NCBI GenBank assembly: GCA_002382735.1
Contig: DFZN01000039.1
Coordinates: 24,548-88,547, forward strand
Length of the DNA stretch: 64,000 nucleotides
Reading direction: 5' to 3'
Source of the DNA: a bacterium UBP11_UBA4055
GTDB taxonomy: Bacteria; UBA4055
Shown here piece by piece: positions 18,855 to 28,516 of this stretch; the first letter of the stretch is position 1, and each line of letters opens with the position of its first letter. The notes under the pieces were generated by a model. The model had not been told where the DNA came from. It ran no database searches and saw only the letters and a program-made list of their open reading frames with translations. The position numbers and the translations under genes are program-made.

Positions 18855-21800
18855 CTATTTCGAATTAATCTTTTCAAGAATACTCGTTCCTTTTTCCACA
18901 TATTCAAAAAAGCCGATCTCCTTTGCCGTTTTGAGTCCCTGCTCGGTAAATTTTAAAGACTCATCTTTTTTGCCATTTTTAAAATAAAGGTCTCCAAGTT
19001 CGATCATAGCCTCAGATAAAATAGCTTTGAGCTCATATTTCTCAGCAATATCAATCCCGAGTATATACTGCTGTTCCGATTTTTCAAAAAGATCCTGCAG
19101 CTTAAAAACATGCCCAATATTTATTGCCGCATTTGCCATGGTGTTGAAGTCCGAAAGATCCTGACTCAGAGAATAACTTCTTTTGTGATATGTCAAGGCT
19201 TTTTTATAGTTTTTGAGATCTTTGAACAGGAAACCCATATTGTTCAATACTTGAGCCAGATCAAGTCTGAGTCCGAGCTCTTCGGTAAGTTTTAATTTCA
19301 TCTCATAATAGTCTTTAGCTTTATTCAGATTACCGGTAAGATGATAAATAACACCAATATTGCCTAGAACGGTGTTCTTTTCGATTTTCAAGTTCCGTCT
19401 TTCAGAAATCTCAAGCTGCATATTATAATATTCTAAAGCTTTTTCAAAATTACCGCTGTAATCATTTGCTATTCCGATATCGCCGTAAATTCTTGCTTTG
19501 ATCATATCTCTTTTATAACTGTTATTGATCTTTTCAGTGTGCTCAAGAGCCATATTGTAGTATTCCATGGCTTTGTCGAATTTTCCGGACATAAAATAAT
19601 TTTTACCAATGCTCAAAATAGAAATAGAGACTTTTTCGTCTGTATCGGATTTCTTTAATGTTTCAATTACCTCTTTTAAAAGCTCGTTCGAATCCTCATA
19701 TTTTCCGGAATTAGTGAGTAACAAGCTTTTTTCAAATAAAACCAGCGATGTTAAATGATCGTCCTCAAGTTTATATACAAGTTTAAAATTATCATCCAGA
19801 ATATTTACGCATTTTCGTATATCCTGTAAGATAGCATAATATAAACCGAATCTCTCGATGTTGATTATTATATATTCTTCTACTTGATCACGATTTTTTG
19901 ATACATCAATGTCTATCCATGATTTTTCTTCTATATTATTTTTCTTAGACAGCAATATTATTGCTTTGTCAAAATGATATACGGCTTGTGTATTTTGATA
20001 ATTCTCTTTCGCCTGATACCCCGCCTTTTCGTGATATAAAAGCGCTTTTGAAGCATTCTCGGCATTTTCGTAATGGTAAGCCAATACCGAATAGTAATTC
20101 TCGATATTTTTGCTGTGTATCTTCTCTATCGCTTCGCCTATCTCCCCGTGGAGCTCTCTAAGCACTTTTTTAAGCTGAATATTATATACTACATCTCTTA
20201 TTACGCCGTATTTAAACAGATAGCTCATCTCCGAAAAGAGTATGAAGATATCTTCATTTTCAAGCTCAACCAAAAATTTGTTTATATTAGAGTATTTGTC
20301 CTTAAATAAATGGTTTATAAGATCAATATGTATCTCATTTCCTATGCACGAAGCCGTTTTTATTATTTCCTTCAGGTTCGTTTTCAGCTTATCTATTCTT
20401 GCCAGAATAATCTGATTCATTCCTTCAGGCAGAATGGACGGATCTTTTATCCTGTTCTTCTTGTCCAGGACTGAGTTATCTGTTATATAGATAGCAATTT
20501 GTTCGAGGAATAGAGGATTAAGTCTGCTTTTCTCTTCAAGTACCGATAGAGTATCTTTAGGTACAGTTTTTAGTTTTAGCCTGTCCTTGACGAGATCTTT
20601 GAATTCGGTTTTTGTGAAGTTTCTAAGCTTTATCCTTTTCTGCTTTGGAAAACTATAATCGTATGCCTCGCCGTTGTCCTTAAATCTGCAGTTGAATATG
20701 ACCGCGAAAGGTGATCTCTTAAGCGTAACCGCTATTCTCGACAGAAGTTTCAGAGAATCCTGGTCTATAGAGCTGCCGTTGTCGATCTCAAAAACTAGAG
20801 CTGATCTTTCGGTGAAGGTTCTAAAAAATTCAGTAATAGCCAGAGCTACCGAATTCTGTCTTTCATTAGGCTCCTCGAGAAGTATGGAAGGATCATTTAC
20901 CTTGAGCTTGAGAAAGTAAGCTATGTAGTCTCTCATGTTTTCCAGCACGGACCTTTGCTTTCTGCTTTCTGTCCTTTCGAGAATGGCTTTTAATTTCTGA
21001 TCGAACTTTTCCGTATTCTGCTCTTCCGCGTCCTCCTCGAGATCGAAATACCTGTTGAAAAAATACCTGAAAGGGTTATGCGGCTCTTTTATGATATCGT
21101 CGCATGAAAAATAAAACCATTTGACCGGCTGTTCTGTTTCTTCCTCTTCATATTCGAGCCGGATATGGTTCGTCAGCCTTGATTTTCCAATTCCGGCTTC
21201 TCCGTCAATATAAATAACACCGCAGTTCTTTCCTCTCTGCAGAGGCTCAAGATACTTGCGAAGTCTGGCGAGCTCTTTTTCTCTTCCGACAAAACTTCCT
21301 TTGAAGAAAACTTCCTTGACCTCTGTCTTTCCTTCTAACGCATAAGTCGGAATTAAGCCCTCTCTGCCTTTGTATTCCATCATGCCCAGATCAGCGAACC
21401 AGAACTGCTTTTCTCCTGCCAGATCTCTGTCCGTAAGAACCTGACCCCACTGAGCCTTCATCATGAACCTTGCGCTCTGATTTACCGTATTGCCCAGACA
21501 GGTGAACTCGTTCCTCAGCTCAGATCCGTTAAAGCCGCAGTAAACTATACCTTTTGCAAGGCCGGCTCTAATCTCGAATCCGGACGCGGAATATCTCAAA
21601 CGCATCATGAAACTCAAAGCGCGGTAAGCGTTGTTCTCATAAGAGACCGGACAGCCGAAGAACAGAAGAATATTTCCTCCCTTATCTCCGAAATCGAGCA
21701 CGGGATGAGAACCCCCGTACATATCTTTAAGTTTATATACCGTCTCCATAAGCCTGCCCAGCTCCCCATTACCCTGAAATGAAATAAATACCGAGATCAC

Positions 21801-22526
21801 ATCCCTGAACTCACCGACGGAAAATTCTGCTTCCACCCTGCCTGCCATCGTATATATAAGCTCTTTGTCGTATTCTTCCGGAACATAACCCGACTTGTCC
21901 GTTTTAAAAACTGATGTATTTATTATCCTGAAGAATTTCAGCCCGTAAAGTTCGGCCTCTGAGAACTGCGTTATTTTATCGCGCATATCTGAAAAAGCAG
22001 ATTCGGAAGCCCATATTTGTCCCTTTACGGCATTATGTTCAGCCATGGCACACAGGTCAACTGCGCTTCCGGAAAAATAATAAGTTTTCTCTTTATCGCT
22101 TCCGGCTATTCCGCAGACACATTCGCCGTATCCTATCCCCACTTTCACTCCGAATTCGAAATCTCCGAACTTGGACCGGTAAGTTTTATTCTTTTCGAAA
22201 AAGTTGTTGGTTATAAGTGCTGCCTGCAGAACATTTGCTGCTACTGATCCTTTACCGGTCCTTAACTCGAATATAGCAGTAAAAGCGTCACCGGCATATT
22301 TTGTAACATAACCGCCGTGATCGTACACAGCTCTCACAGTAGTATCGAACAAGTATCTTAAGATGTCAGAAAGGACTTCAGCGCCTTCCTGACCATGCTT
22401 CATCAGGGCTTCAGTTGTTTTTGTGAATCCCGATATATCCACAAACATCGAAAAACATTCGAATCCGTCTGAATATTTTTTATTTTTCAAATTGCAGAGT
22501 ACTGTTTCCGGAACAAGATTTCTCAT
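18855..22526 (-). CDS. Multidomain signalling protein: tandem class III nucleotide cyclase (CHD) domains, a STAND/AAA_16 P-loop NTPase, and C-terminal TPR repeats
   Basis: 1223 aa. First cyclase domain: FVDISGFTKTTEAL...TKYAGDAFTAIF. Second cyclase-like domain: ~aa 230-400 (...NEFTCLGNTVNQSARFM...). Walker A is IDGEAGIGKSRLT. The C-terminal ~400 aa hold repeated TPR-like units (ALEYYNMQLEISE..., AKDYYEMKLKLTEE...). No HTH output domain is present. Confidence 0.7.
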   Translation of the reverse strand: MRNLVPETVLCNLKNKKYSDGFECFSMFVDISGFTKTTEALMKHGQEGAEVLSDILRYLFDTTVRAVYDHGGYVTKYAGDAFTAIFELRTGKGSVAANVLQAALITNNFFEKNKTYRSKFGDFEFGVKVGIGYGECVCGIAGSDKEKTYYFSGSAVDLCAMAEHNAVKGQIWASESAFSDMRDKITQFSEAELYGLKFFRIINTSVFKTDKSGYVPEEYDKELIYTMAGRVEAEFSVGEFRDVISVFISFQGNGELGRLMETVYKLKDMYGGSHPVLDFGDKGGNILLFFGCPVSYENNAYRALSFMMRLRYSASGFEIRAGLAKGIVYCGFNGSELRNEFTCLGNTVNQSARFMMKAQWGQVLTDRDLAGEKQFWFADLGMMEYKGREGLIPTYALEGKTEVKEVFFKGSFVGREKELARLRKYLEPLQRGKNCGVIYIDGEAGIGKSRLTNHIRLEYEEEETEQPVKWFYFSCDDIIKEPHNPFRYFFNRYFDLEEDAEEQNTEKFDQKLKAILERTESRKQRSVLENMRDYIAYFLKLKVNDPSILLEEPNERQNSVALAITEFFRTFTERSALVFEIDNGSSIDQDSLKLLSRIAVTLKRSPFAVIFNCRFKDNGEAYDYSFPKQKRIKLRNFTKTEFKDLVKDRLKLKTVPKDTLSVLEEKSRLNPLFLEQIAIYITDNSVLDKKNRIKDPSILPEGMNQIILARIDKLKTNLKEIIKTASCIGNEIHIDLINHLFKDKYSNINKFLVELENEDIFILFSEMSYLFKYGVIRDVVYNIQLKKVLRELHGEIGEAIEKIHSKNIENYYSVLAYHYENAENASKALLYHEKAGYQAKENYQNTQAVYHFDKAIILLSKKNNIEEKSWIDIDVSKNRDQVEEYIIINIERFGLYYAILQDIRKCVNILDDNFKLVYKLEDDHLTSLVLFEKSLLLTNSGKYEDSNELLKEVIETLKKSDTDEKVSISILSIGKNYFMSGKFDKAMEYYNMALEHTEKINNSYKRDMIKARIYGDIGIANDYSGNFEKALEYYNMQLEISERRNLKIEKNTVLGNIGVIYHLTGNLNKAKDYYEMKLKLTEELGLRLDLAQVLNNMGFLFKDLKNYKKALTYHKRSYSLSQDLSDFNTMANAAINIGHVFKLQDLFEKSEQQYILGIDIAEKYELKAILSEAMIELGDLYFKNGKKDESLKFTEQGLKTAKEIGFFEYVEKGTSILEKINSK

Positions 22527-22718
22527 TTATATCCGTCACTCCCTGTAATAATAAACCTCAGCTTCCAATTTATTACCGCCCGTTTTAATATAAATGTTAA
22601 GACATTGGGAAACAAGAAAAATTAATAGTATTTACAGAATCGGATTTTGGTTAAATTATTCAGATGCCACACGGTCGGAATTATATCACCAGGGAATATG
22701 TGAGAAATACCTTCATTA

Positions 22719-24479
22719 TCAGCTTTTAATATCCTGAAGTTTAAGTTGTATATACGAGTTGCTGTTCCACACATTCTCATCAATATAATAGGCGATCTTC
22801 AGTCCGCTCCTGAGTTCGTTCACCAGGTCGAATTTATGCGCAAGGTTAAACCCTATCGCGTCGAACACATAATTACCCTGCCTGACTTTCAACTTCAGAT
22901 GATTCTGTTTGGTCTTCAGTTTATGATCGAAAGTATTGGATCTGTTACCTACTATCTTAATATCACCGTGAACTTCAATGTTCTCTGAAGCGAACAGAGG
23001 CTGTTCATTAGCCGGTCCGAACGGTTCGAACATTTTAAGAATATTCACTATATTGTTCCCTATATCACCGAAGTCGATCTTCAGATCTATCTTAAGAAGC
23101 TGGTTGAAATCTTTATCCGGGATCGTATTCTTTATGATCTCGCTGAATTTCTGCTTAAAGGCCGGAATGTTCTTACTGTCTATCTCGAATCCTGCGGCAT
23201 AGTCGTGTCCCCCAAAGTTCTCCTGCTCAAGAAGATTGAGCTTGTAGCACTCTGTGAGAACATCGTAAATGTTAACGCCGGGTATAGATCTGCACGAGCC
23301 TTTTCCAACTCCGTTGTTCACCGATATCACTACGCTCGGCCTGTAATATTTCTCAACAAGCCTTGAAGCGACTATTCCGATAACCCCCACATGCCAGTTA
23401 TTGTTGGATACAACGATACTTTTATTGAATTCCGGATCAAAGTGATCATCCTGTTCGATGATCCTTATGGCTTCAGCCAAAGTGTCAGTATCGAATTCAC
23501 GCCTTCTTTTATTCTCGGCCTCAAGCTCTTCTACAATCTGAGAAGCCTCATCAGGATCGTTACTCAGAAGAAGCTTAACCGCTCTGTTCGCATCACCCAT
23601 TCTTCCTACCGCATTCAGTCTGGGGGCCAGTCCGAAAAGTATATTGCTGACCTTGATCTTTTTCTGAAACAGGTTCAATTTTTTTAATAGTGACGATATG
23701 CCGATATTGTTGCAGTTCTCAAGAAATGTCAGTCCTTCGGAAACGATCTTCCTGTTCTCTCCCATCAGAGGCACAATATCAGCAGCAGTTCCGATTGTTG
23801 CGATATCAAGGAATTCTTTAATTATCTTCGGAGACATATCGTTCTTTAAAAGTATTCCCTGGATGAGCTTAAAGGCCACACCTACGCCGGCGAGATGCTT
23901 AAAGGGGTATTTGCAGTCTGTCCGTTTAGGATCAATGATCGCATAAGCGGCCGGAAGCTCCTTGTCAGGCTCGTGATGGTCTGTTATTATAACATCTACA
24001 CCTAACGATTTGGCGAATTCCACTTCATTGACGGAGGTGATGCCGCAGTCAACCGTAATTATCAGAGTAATGCCGTTCGAGGCAGCTTCCTGAACCCCCT
24101 TCCTGCTCAAACCGTACCCCTCGGTCTCTCTGTTCGGTATTACATATTCGGCTTTCAATCCCAGCCACTTGAGGAAAAACAGATACAGCATCGCTACTGA
24201 AGTGATACCGTCAACATCATAATCTCCCCATATCTCTATCTTCTCGCGATTGACAATAGCTTCTGTGATCCTTTCAACGGCCTCATCCATATCCTTTAAC
24301 ATGAACGGATCGTGATAATCTGATCTGTCAGGATACAGAAAAAGTTCTATTTCTTCTTTAGTAGCCGCTCCTCTGGCTGCTAGCAGCCGGATCACTGTCT
24401 CAGGCAATCCGGTCAGGACCTTAAGTTCGTCAATTTTGCGGGAATCTAACTCATGCGGATATTCCCATTTTTTTTCCAC
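22719..24479 (-). CDS. recJ: Single-stranded-DNA-specific exonuclease RecJ (DHH/DHHA1)
   Basis: The DHH motifs are DYDVDGITS, ITVDCG and VIITDHHEP. Length is 586 aa. Confidence 0.85.
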   Translation of the reverse strand: MEKKWEYPHELDSRKIDELKVLTGLPETVIRLLAARGAATKEEIELFLYPDRSDYHDPFMLKDMDEAVERITEAIVNREKIEIWGDYDVDGITSVAMLYLFFLKWLGLKAEYVIPNRETEGYGLSRKGVQEAASNGITLIITVDCGITSVNEVEFAKSLGVDVIITDHHEPDKELPAAYAIIDPKRTDCKYPFKHLAGVGVAFKLIQGILLKNDMSPKIIKEFLDIATIGTAADIVPLMGENRKIVSEGLTFLENCNNIGISSLLKKLNLFQKKIKVSNILFGLAPRLNAVGRMGDANRAVKLLLSNDPDEASQIVEELEAENKRRREFDTDTLAEAIRIIEQDDHFDPEFNKSIVVSNNNWHVGVIGIVASRLVEKYYRPSVVISVNNGVGKGSCRSIPGVNIYDVLTECYKLNLLEQENFGGHDYAAGFEIDSKNIPAFKQKFSEIIKNTIPDKDFNQLLKIDLKIDFGDIGNNIVNILKMFEPFGPANEQPLFASENIEVHGDIKIVGNRSNTFDHKLKTKQNHLKLKVRQGNYVFDAIGFNLAHKFDLVNELRSGLKIAYYIDENVWNSNSYIQLKLQDIKS

Positions 24480-24523
24480 TTCTTACCTGTGTTATATTAA
24501 AATTAAATAAAATCATGGATTGA

Positions 24524-25339
24524 TCATCCTTTTATTACTTTCACCTTGAAATCAGAAAGTGTTTTCTCAAAGATACTGTCTTCGAAATCTTTGTCCACGC
24601 TGATCTTAATAACATTGTATTCCGTTTTTGTATTTTGTGTAGATTCGTGCTTCCTTAAAAATATCTGAAGCTCGTTATTATCATCATCCACCCATATCCA
24701 TTCAAGGTATTTAACAGCTTTCTTATCCAGCGCTTCTCTTGCAGCCTGGATCTCCTTATCCTTGTCTTCCTGAGGCATATCGCTGTTCTCGATCTCCTGT
24801 ATGTATGAATTGGTCTGTTCCTCATCTGCTGTATCGTAGTACATGTAGGCGTATATGTGAGCTTTCTTTTTATCCCCGTCGGGCATTGTCAGCCTGACCT
24901 TCTTTACAAGTTTTCCCTTATAAAAAACATAATTAGGCTCATCGCTAGTGTAATTATCGTATATCCTTTCAGACGGTATATCAGTACCGTCCCACGCAAA
25001 ATTCAGACCGTAGTCCAGTGTATAATGTCTGTCTTTATATTTAAGTTTACCGTGCTTTTCGATAAGATCGTTCCCCTTTGCAGGTTCCTCGATCATCAGG
25101 TATGAGTTCTCAGGTATGTTCACCCATATTTTTTGCGAAGATTTGTATTTCCTTAAAAGGTCAGAATTATTATCGACATCCTTGATCAGTTCGTAATCAC
25201 CTTCATACCGGATCTTCTCGATCTCAATATAAATTGTTCTGAACGGGATCTTTCCGATCAGAAGTGTCGTTAAGAGTGTTATATAAATTATTAATGCCTT
25301 TCTTCTCATCTTCCTCATGCTTTTGAGTTTTTGATTCAT
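24524..25339 (-). CDS. Hypothetical membrane-anchored protein
   Basis: The ORF has an N-terminal transmembrane segment (ALIIYITLLTTLLIG) and a charged C-terminal region with no recognisable motifs. The start is trimmed to MNQKLKS (25339) so the gene does not overlap rnpB. Confidence 0.4.
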   Translation of the reverse strand: MNQKLKSMRKMRRKALIIYITLLTTLLIGKIPFRTIYIEIEKIRYEGDYELIKDVDNNSDLLRKYKSSQKIWVNIPENSYLMIEEPAKGNDLIEKHGKLKYKDRHYTLDYGLNFAWDGTDIPSERIYDNYTSDEPNYVFYKGKLVKKVRLTMPDGDKKKAHIYAYMYYDTADEEQTNSYIQEIENSDMPQEDKDKEIQAAREALDKKAVKYLEWIWVDDDNNELQIFLRKHESTQNTKTEYNVIKISVDKDFEDSIFEKTLSDFKVKVIKG

Positions 25340-25342
25340 CGA

Positions 25343-25686
25343 AACAAGCCGGCCTGTAAGCCGAATTCTGTTGTAATGGTCATTTATCTGTCGCAACCTA
25401 CCCTTCCTCCGGTGTTTTTGACACACAGGCGAGCAGCCTGTAACGGAGAATTTATTTGGTCTTGCGCCGGATGGGGTTTACCATGCCGGACATCCTTACG
25501 GTTGTCCGCGGTGCGCTCTTACCGCACCATTTCACCCTTACTGCCGGACTTGCCGGTAGCGGTTTGTTTTCTGTTGCACTTTCCGTGGCATCACTGCCCC
25601 CTGCCGTTAGCAGGCATCCCGCTCTGTGGCGTTCGGACTTTCCTCATCCCGGATCTCTCCGGAACGCGACCATTCAGCCGACTTAT
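25343..25686 (-). ncRNA. rnpB: RNase P RNA, bacterial type A
   Basis: The minus-strand sequence reads ...gaGGAAAGUCCGaac...ACAGAAAACAAACCGC...GGUAAGGGUGAAAUGGUGCGGUAAGAGCGCACC...GGUAAACCCCAUCCGG...ACAGAAUUCGGCUUACAGGCCGGCUUG. These are near-exact matches to the universally conserved P4, P10-P12, P15 and P18 regions of M1 RNA. The 5' and 3' ends (aagucggcug / caggccggcuug) can pair to form P1. Confidence 0.9.
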
Positions 25687-25687
25687 T

Positions 25688-26449
25688 TCAATCAGCATCT
25701 TTTATTTCATAGAACAAAATACGACTGCAGGCATCACACTGAACGATACTCTCAGCCCTTTTCAGTTCGGAGAGCTTCTGTGACGGCAATATGGTGAAAC
25801 AACCGCCGCAGTGACCCTCATTTGCAGGCACAACTGCCACCTGTCCCTTGGAGTCGTATATTCTCCGGTATAGATTATATAAATGTTTATCGATTTTTGC
25901 AACTAAAATAATTCTTTTTTCTTTCAGCAGTTTTTCCTCTTCCTGAGTTTCGGCAAGTTTCATTTCAAGCTGAGATCTTTTCTCTTCCAGCATTGACTTT
26001 TTTTCTTCCACAGACCTTTTGAGTACTTCAAGAGCTTCATTATTCCTGATCAGTTTTTCGTTAAGATCAACAATTTTTTCTTCTTCTTCGACAACAGTAT
26101 TTTCTCTGAAATCGATCTCTTTGATCAGCGCTTCATACTCCTTATTGTTCGTGACCATGTTCCTCTGATGTTTATACTTCTCAAGCATTATTTTTGATGA
26201 TTCTACCAGTGCCTTTGAATCTTTTATTTCGATCTCGAGAGTATCTTTCTCTGATCCTATCAGAACGATCTCCTCAGTTTTCTCATTTATCTCTTTTTCC
26301 AGTTCTACGACAAGAAAAGGCAAATTTCCTCTTGATTTTTCTATTTCTTCAAGCTTACTGTCTATTGATTGAAGTTCAGCGAGTTTTTTGATCTTTTCGT
26401 GCATTTTCTCCTGCATTATCTGTCTCCGATGGTTAAATTTCCTCAACAC
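25688..26449 (-). CDS. C4-type zinc-ribbon protein (COG1579 family) with a long coiled-coil N-terminus
   Basis: The C-terminus is EGHCGGCFTILPSQKLSELKR...VQCDACSRILFYE, giving CxxC...CxxC. The N-terminus is E/K-rich coiled coil. The gene keeps its usual position next to nif3 and rnpB. Its 5' end overlaps nif3, so the true start may be internal. Confidence 0.7.
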   Translation of the reverse strand: MLRKFNHRRQIMQEKMHEKIKKLAELQSIDSKLEEIEKSRGNLPFLVVELEKEINEKTEEIVLIGSEKDTLEIEIKDSKALVESSKIMLEKYKHQRNMVTNNKEYEALIKEIDFRENTVVEEEEKIVDLNEKLIRNNEALEVLKRSVEEKKSMLEEKRSQLEMKLAETQEEEKLLKEKRIILVAKIDKHLYNLYRRIYDSKGQVAVVPANEGHCGGCFTILPSQKLSELKRAESIVQCDACSRILFYEIKDAD

Positions 26450-27563
26450 TCTTTACTATGTCCGTATCTGTCTTCGATTCGAATACTTTGACAGACTTTC
26501 CGCAATTTCTGTCAATGTATTCTTTTAATCCTTTTTTCGCGAATTGTTCCGTTGAATGATGAGTTGCGTCAACGATATTTATAAACTTCGATGCCTCCTG
26601 GTACAAATGATGACCGAACTCGGAGGTGAGGAATACCTGAGCCCCGGACATGATGGCACTTTTCCATGAAGCTGCACCGCTTCCGCCGCATAAAGCGACA
26701 GTCGATATTTTTTCTTTGCTGCTCCTGACCGCTATCCTTAAAGTTTTTGTCCCCAATTTTTCCGATACCAGCCCGCAAAAATCTTTTAAGACCATTTTAG
26801 AGCCGAGTTCCCCTACAGTGCCCAGTCCGAAATTTTCCGATCCGTTATCGAGAGGATAGATGTCGATCACAGGTTCTTCGTACGGATGTGCCTTTTTTAC
26901 CGCTGCAGTGACTTGATCCCTTTTCCATGCAGGCACAACTGTCTCGATCCTGATTTCCGGTACTCTTTCGATCCTTCCCTTTTTCCCGATATATGGTGCA
27001 GTTCCTTCTCCCGGCCTGAAAGTGCCTTCTCCGCCTGAAGTAAAAAAACATCTGTCATAATTGCCTATTGATGCTCCGCCGGCTTCCGCAACAGCTTTCA
27101 TTATCTTTTCTGCTGCTTCAACAGGACTGTAGATCACGATCTTGTACAGCTCGTTCACTTCGACATCCTTTATCTCTTTGATTTTTAACATCGGCCTTAT
27201 ATTTTTCAGCCCGAGTTCCTGTGCGAGGAGATAACTGACGCCTGTGCTTAACAGGTCATAATTTGTATGGCATGAGATAAGAGAAATATCGTTCTTTATC
27301 AGAAACCTTATGATGTCTGAATAATAATCCCCTTCGACAAGATCGACTACGGGTTTCTTGAACAGGGGATGATGGGAAACGATCAGGCTGCATCCGAGCT
27401 TTTTGGCTTCTTGAGCTACCTCGAGGGTTGGATTCAAAGCTGTCAGAATTCCCTTGACTTCATCGTGACTATTGCCTACGAGAAGACCTGAAGGATCGTT
27501 CTTCCACTTCACCGATGGAATTATGCGTTTCCCGAGAATATTTAATATTTCTCCGACTTTCAT
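26433..27563 (-). CDS. Nif3-family dinuclear metal centre protein with an inserted PII-like domain (YqfO type)
   Basis: 376 aa. The conserved histidines (LIVSHHPL, HTNYD, DATHHS) and the C-terminal GGSGAS motif are present. Confidence 0.75.
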   Translation of the reverse strand: MKVGEILNILGKRIIPSVKWKNDPSGLLVGNSHDEVKGILTALNPTLEVAQEAKKLGCSLIVSHHPLFKKPVVDLVEGDYYSDIIRFLIKNDISLISCHTNYDLLSTGVSYLLAQELGLKNIRPMLKIKEIKDVEVNELYKIVIYSPVEAAEKIMKAVAEAGGASIGNYDRCFFTSGGEGTFRPGEGTAPYIGKKGRIERVPEIRIETVVPAWKRDQVTAAVKKAHPYEEPVIDIYPLDNGSENFGLGTVGELGSKMVLKDFCGLVSEKLGTKTLRIAVRSSKEKISTVALCGGSGAASWKSAIMSGAQVFLTSEFGHHLYQEASKFINIVDATHHSTEQFAKKGLKEYIDRNCGKSVKVFESKTDTDIVKSVEEI

Positions 27564-27615
27564 CTCTTTTCTCCAAATTATAAAAATTGGCGCGTTGCGC
27601 CAAATTTTAAATGCG

Positions 27616-27689
27616 TGGGGGTACAGGGACTTGAACCCCGGACCAACAGATTATGAGTCTGCTGCTCTAACCGACTGAGCTATACCCCC
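27616..27689 (-). tRNA. tRNA-Met (anticodon CAT; elongator type, or possibly lysidine-modified tRNA-Ile2)
   Basis: Minus strand: GGGGGUAUAGCUCAGUCGGUUAGAGCAGCAGACUCAUAAUCUGUUGGUCCGGGGUUCAAGUCCCUGUACCCCCA. It forms a cloverleaf with a 7-bp acceptor stem, the anticodon loop cUCAUAa, and a T-loop GGUUCAAGUCC. Confidence 0.9.
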
Positions 27690-27748
27690 GGTACCTGTGA
27701 AAACAGGTATGCAAATATAATTCCCTGAACATAAAATGTCAAGAATTT

Positions 27749-28471
27749 TTAAGACTTTATTTTCCTGTCGATTATCTCGAAAATGCTTCTTATGAACCCC
27801 GCCTCTTTCCTGTTCAGTTTAAGCCTGCGGAAAATGTGCCTTAAATTCTCTCTTATCTGATCTTTGTTGTCCGAAGTAACCATGACTTTCCCCTGAATTA
27901 CCCTGTCGAGAGTTTCGAACATTTTTTCCTTTTCAGAGAGATCGATCATTTCTGTTTCGGTCTGATACTGAACTATGCCGCGGTATTTTATTTTTGATAT
28001 TTCATAAAGAGCGATCATGACCGCACTGGCGATGTTGAGCGATGAATATTCTTCATCCGTCGGGATTATTACAAGCTTATCGCAGAGATCCGTTTCTTCA
28101 TTTTGAAGACCGTTGGTCTCGTTCCCGAACATGAGTCCGACTTTTGCGGTTTTTGGAAGTGCTGCTATCTCTTCAGCCATCTCTTCGGGTGATACGACCT
28201 TGTAGAAACGGCGTTTTCTTGCAGTGAAAGCGTAAACGGCCGAGAGATCAGAAACTTCCCGCTTCAGATCCTGTCCGTACCGCAGGTACCGGAAGTGGTC
28301 TTTTGCCCCCGCGCACATGGTGAGTATCTCTTCCTCCGAGTGGTTCATCTGATTGACAGACACGAGATCGGTGAAGCCGAAGTTCTTCATTGCGCGGAGG
28401 ATCGAACCGACATTGCCGGGTGACCAGATGCGGGACAGAATTATGCGTACATTCTCTTTGTTCATGAGCAT
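27749..28471 (-). CDS. SpoU/TrmH-family RNA 2'-O-methyltransferase (TrmJ-like)
   Basis: SPOUT motifs: IILSRIWSPGNVGSILRAMKNFG, LMFGNETNGL and IPTDEEYSSLNIASAVMIALYEI. Length is 240 aa. Confidence 0.75.
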   Translation of the reverse strand: MLMNKENVRIILSRIWSPGNVGSILRAMKNFGFTDLVSVNQMNHSEEEILTMCAGAKDHFRYLRYGQDLKREVSDLSAVYAFTARKRRFYKVVSPEEMAEEIAALPKTAKVGLMFGNETNGLQNEETDLCDKLVIIPTDEEYSSLNIASAVMIALYEISKIKYRGIVQYQTETEMIDLSEKEKMFETLDRVIQGKVMVTSDNKDQIRENLRHIFRRLKLNRKEAGFIRSIFEIIDRKIKS

Positions 28472-28473
28472 AA

Positions 28474-28500
28474 AAAAGGGCGTTTTGAAACGCCCTTTCC
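28474..28500 (-). terminator. Rho-independent terminator for the upstream minus-strand aminopeptidase gene
   Basis: On the minus strand the stem is agggcguuu/aaacgcccu (4-nt loop caaa), followed by UUUUUU. Confidence 0.7.
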
Positions 28501-28516
28501 TCCTGTCAATTCATTC

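Noticed and set aside
18855-22526. Reading the cyclase-STAND-TPR protein as a Pycsar (pyrimidine cyclase) defence system
   Set aside because: Pycsar needs an adjacent effector with a cyclic-nucleotide-binding domain (fused to a transmembrane or TIR domain). The neighbouring genes are recJ and secreted repeat proteins, with no such domain, so a canonical Pycsar call is not supported. The broader Avs-like idea is kept as a finding and labelled as inference.
25331-25797. Two overlapping plus-strand ORFs of 150 aa and 113 aa
   Set aside because: They lie entirely on top of the RNase P RNA gene on the opposite strand. They are GC-rich, their composition is biased towards Pro, Leu, Arg and Ala, and they have no motif support. 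They are translation artefacts of a structured RNA.
27472-27678. 68-aa plus-strand ORF
   Set aside because: It overlaps the tRNA-Met gene (27616-27689, minus strand) and the nif3 start region, and has no independent support.
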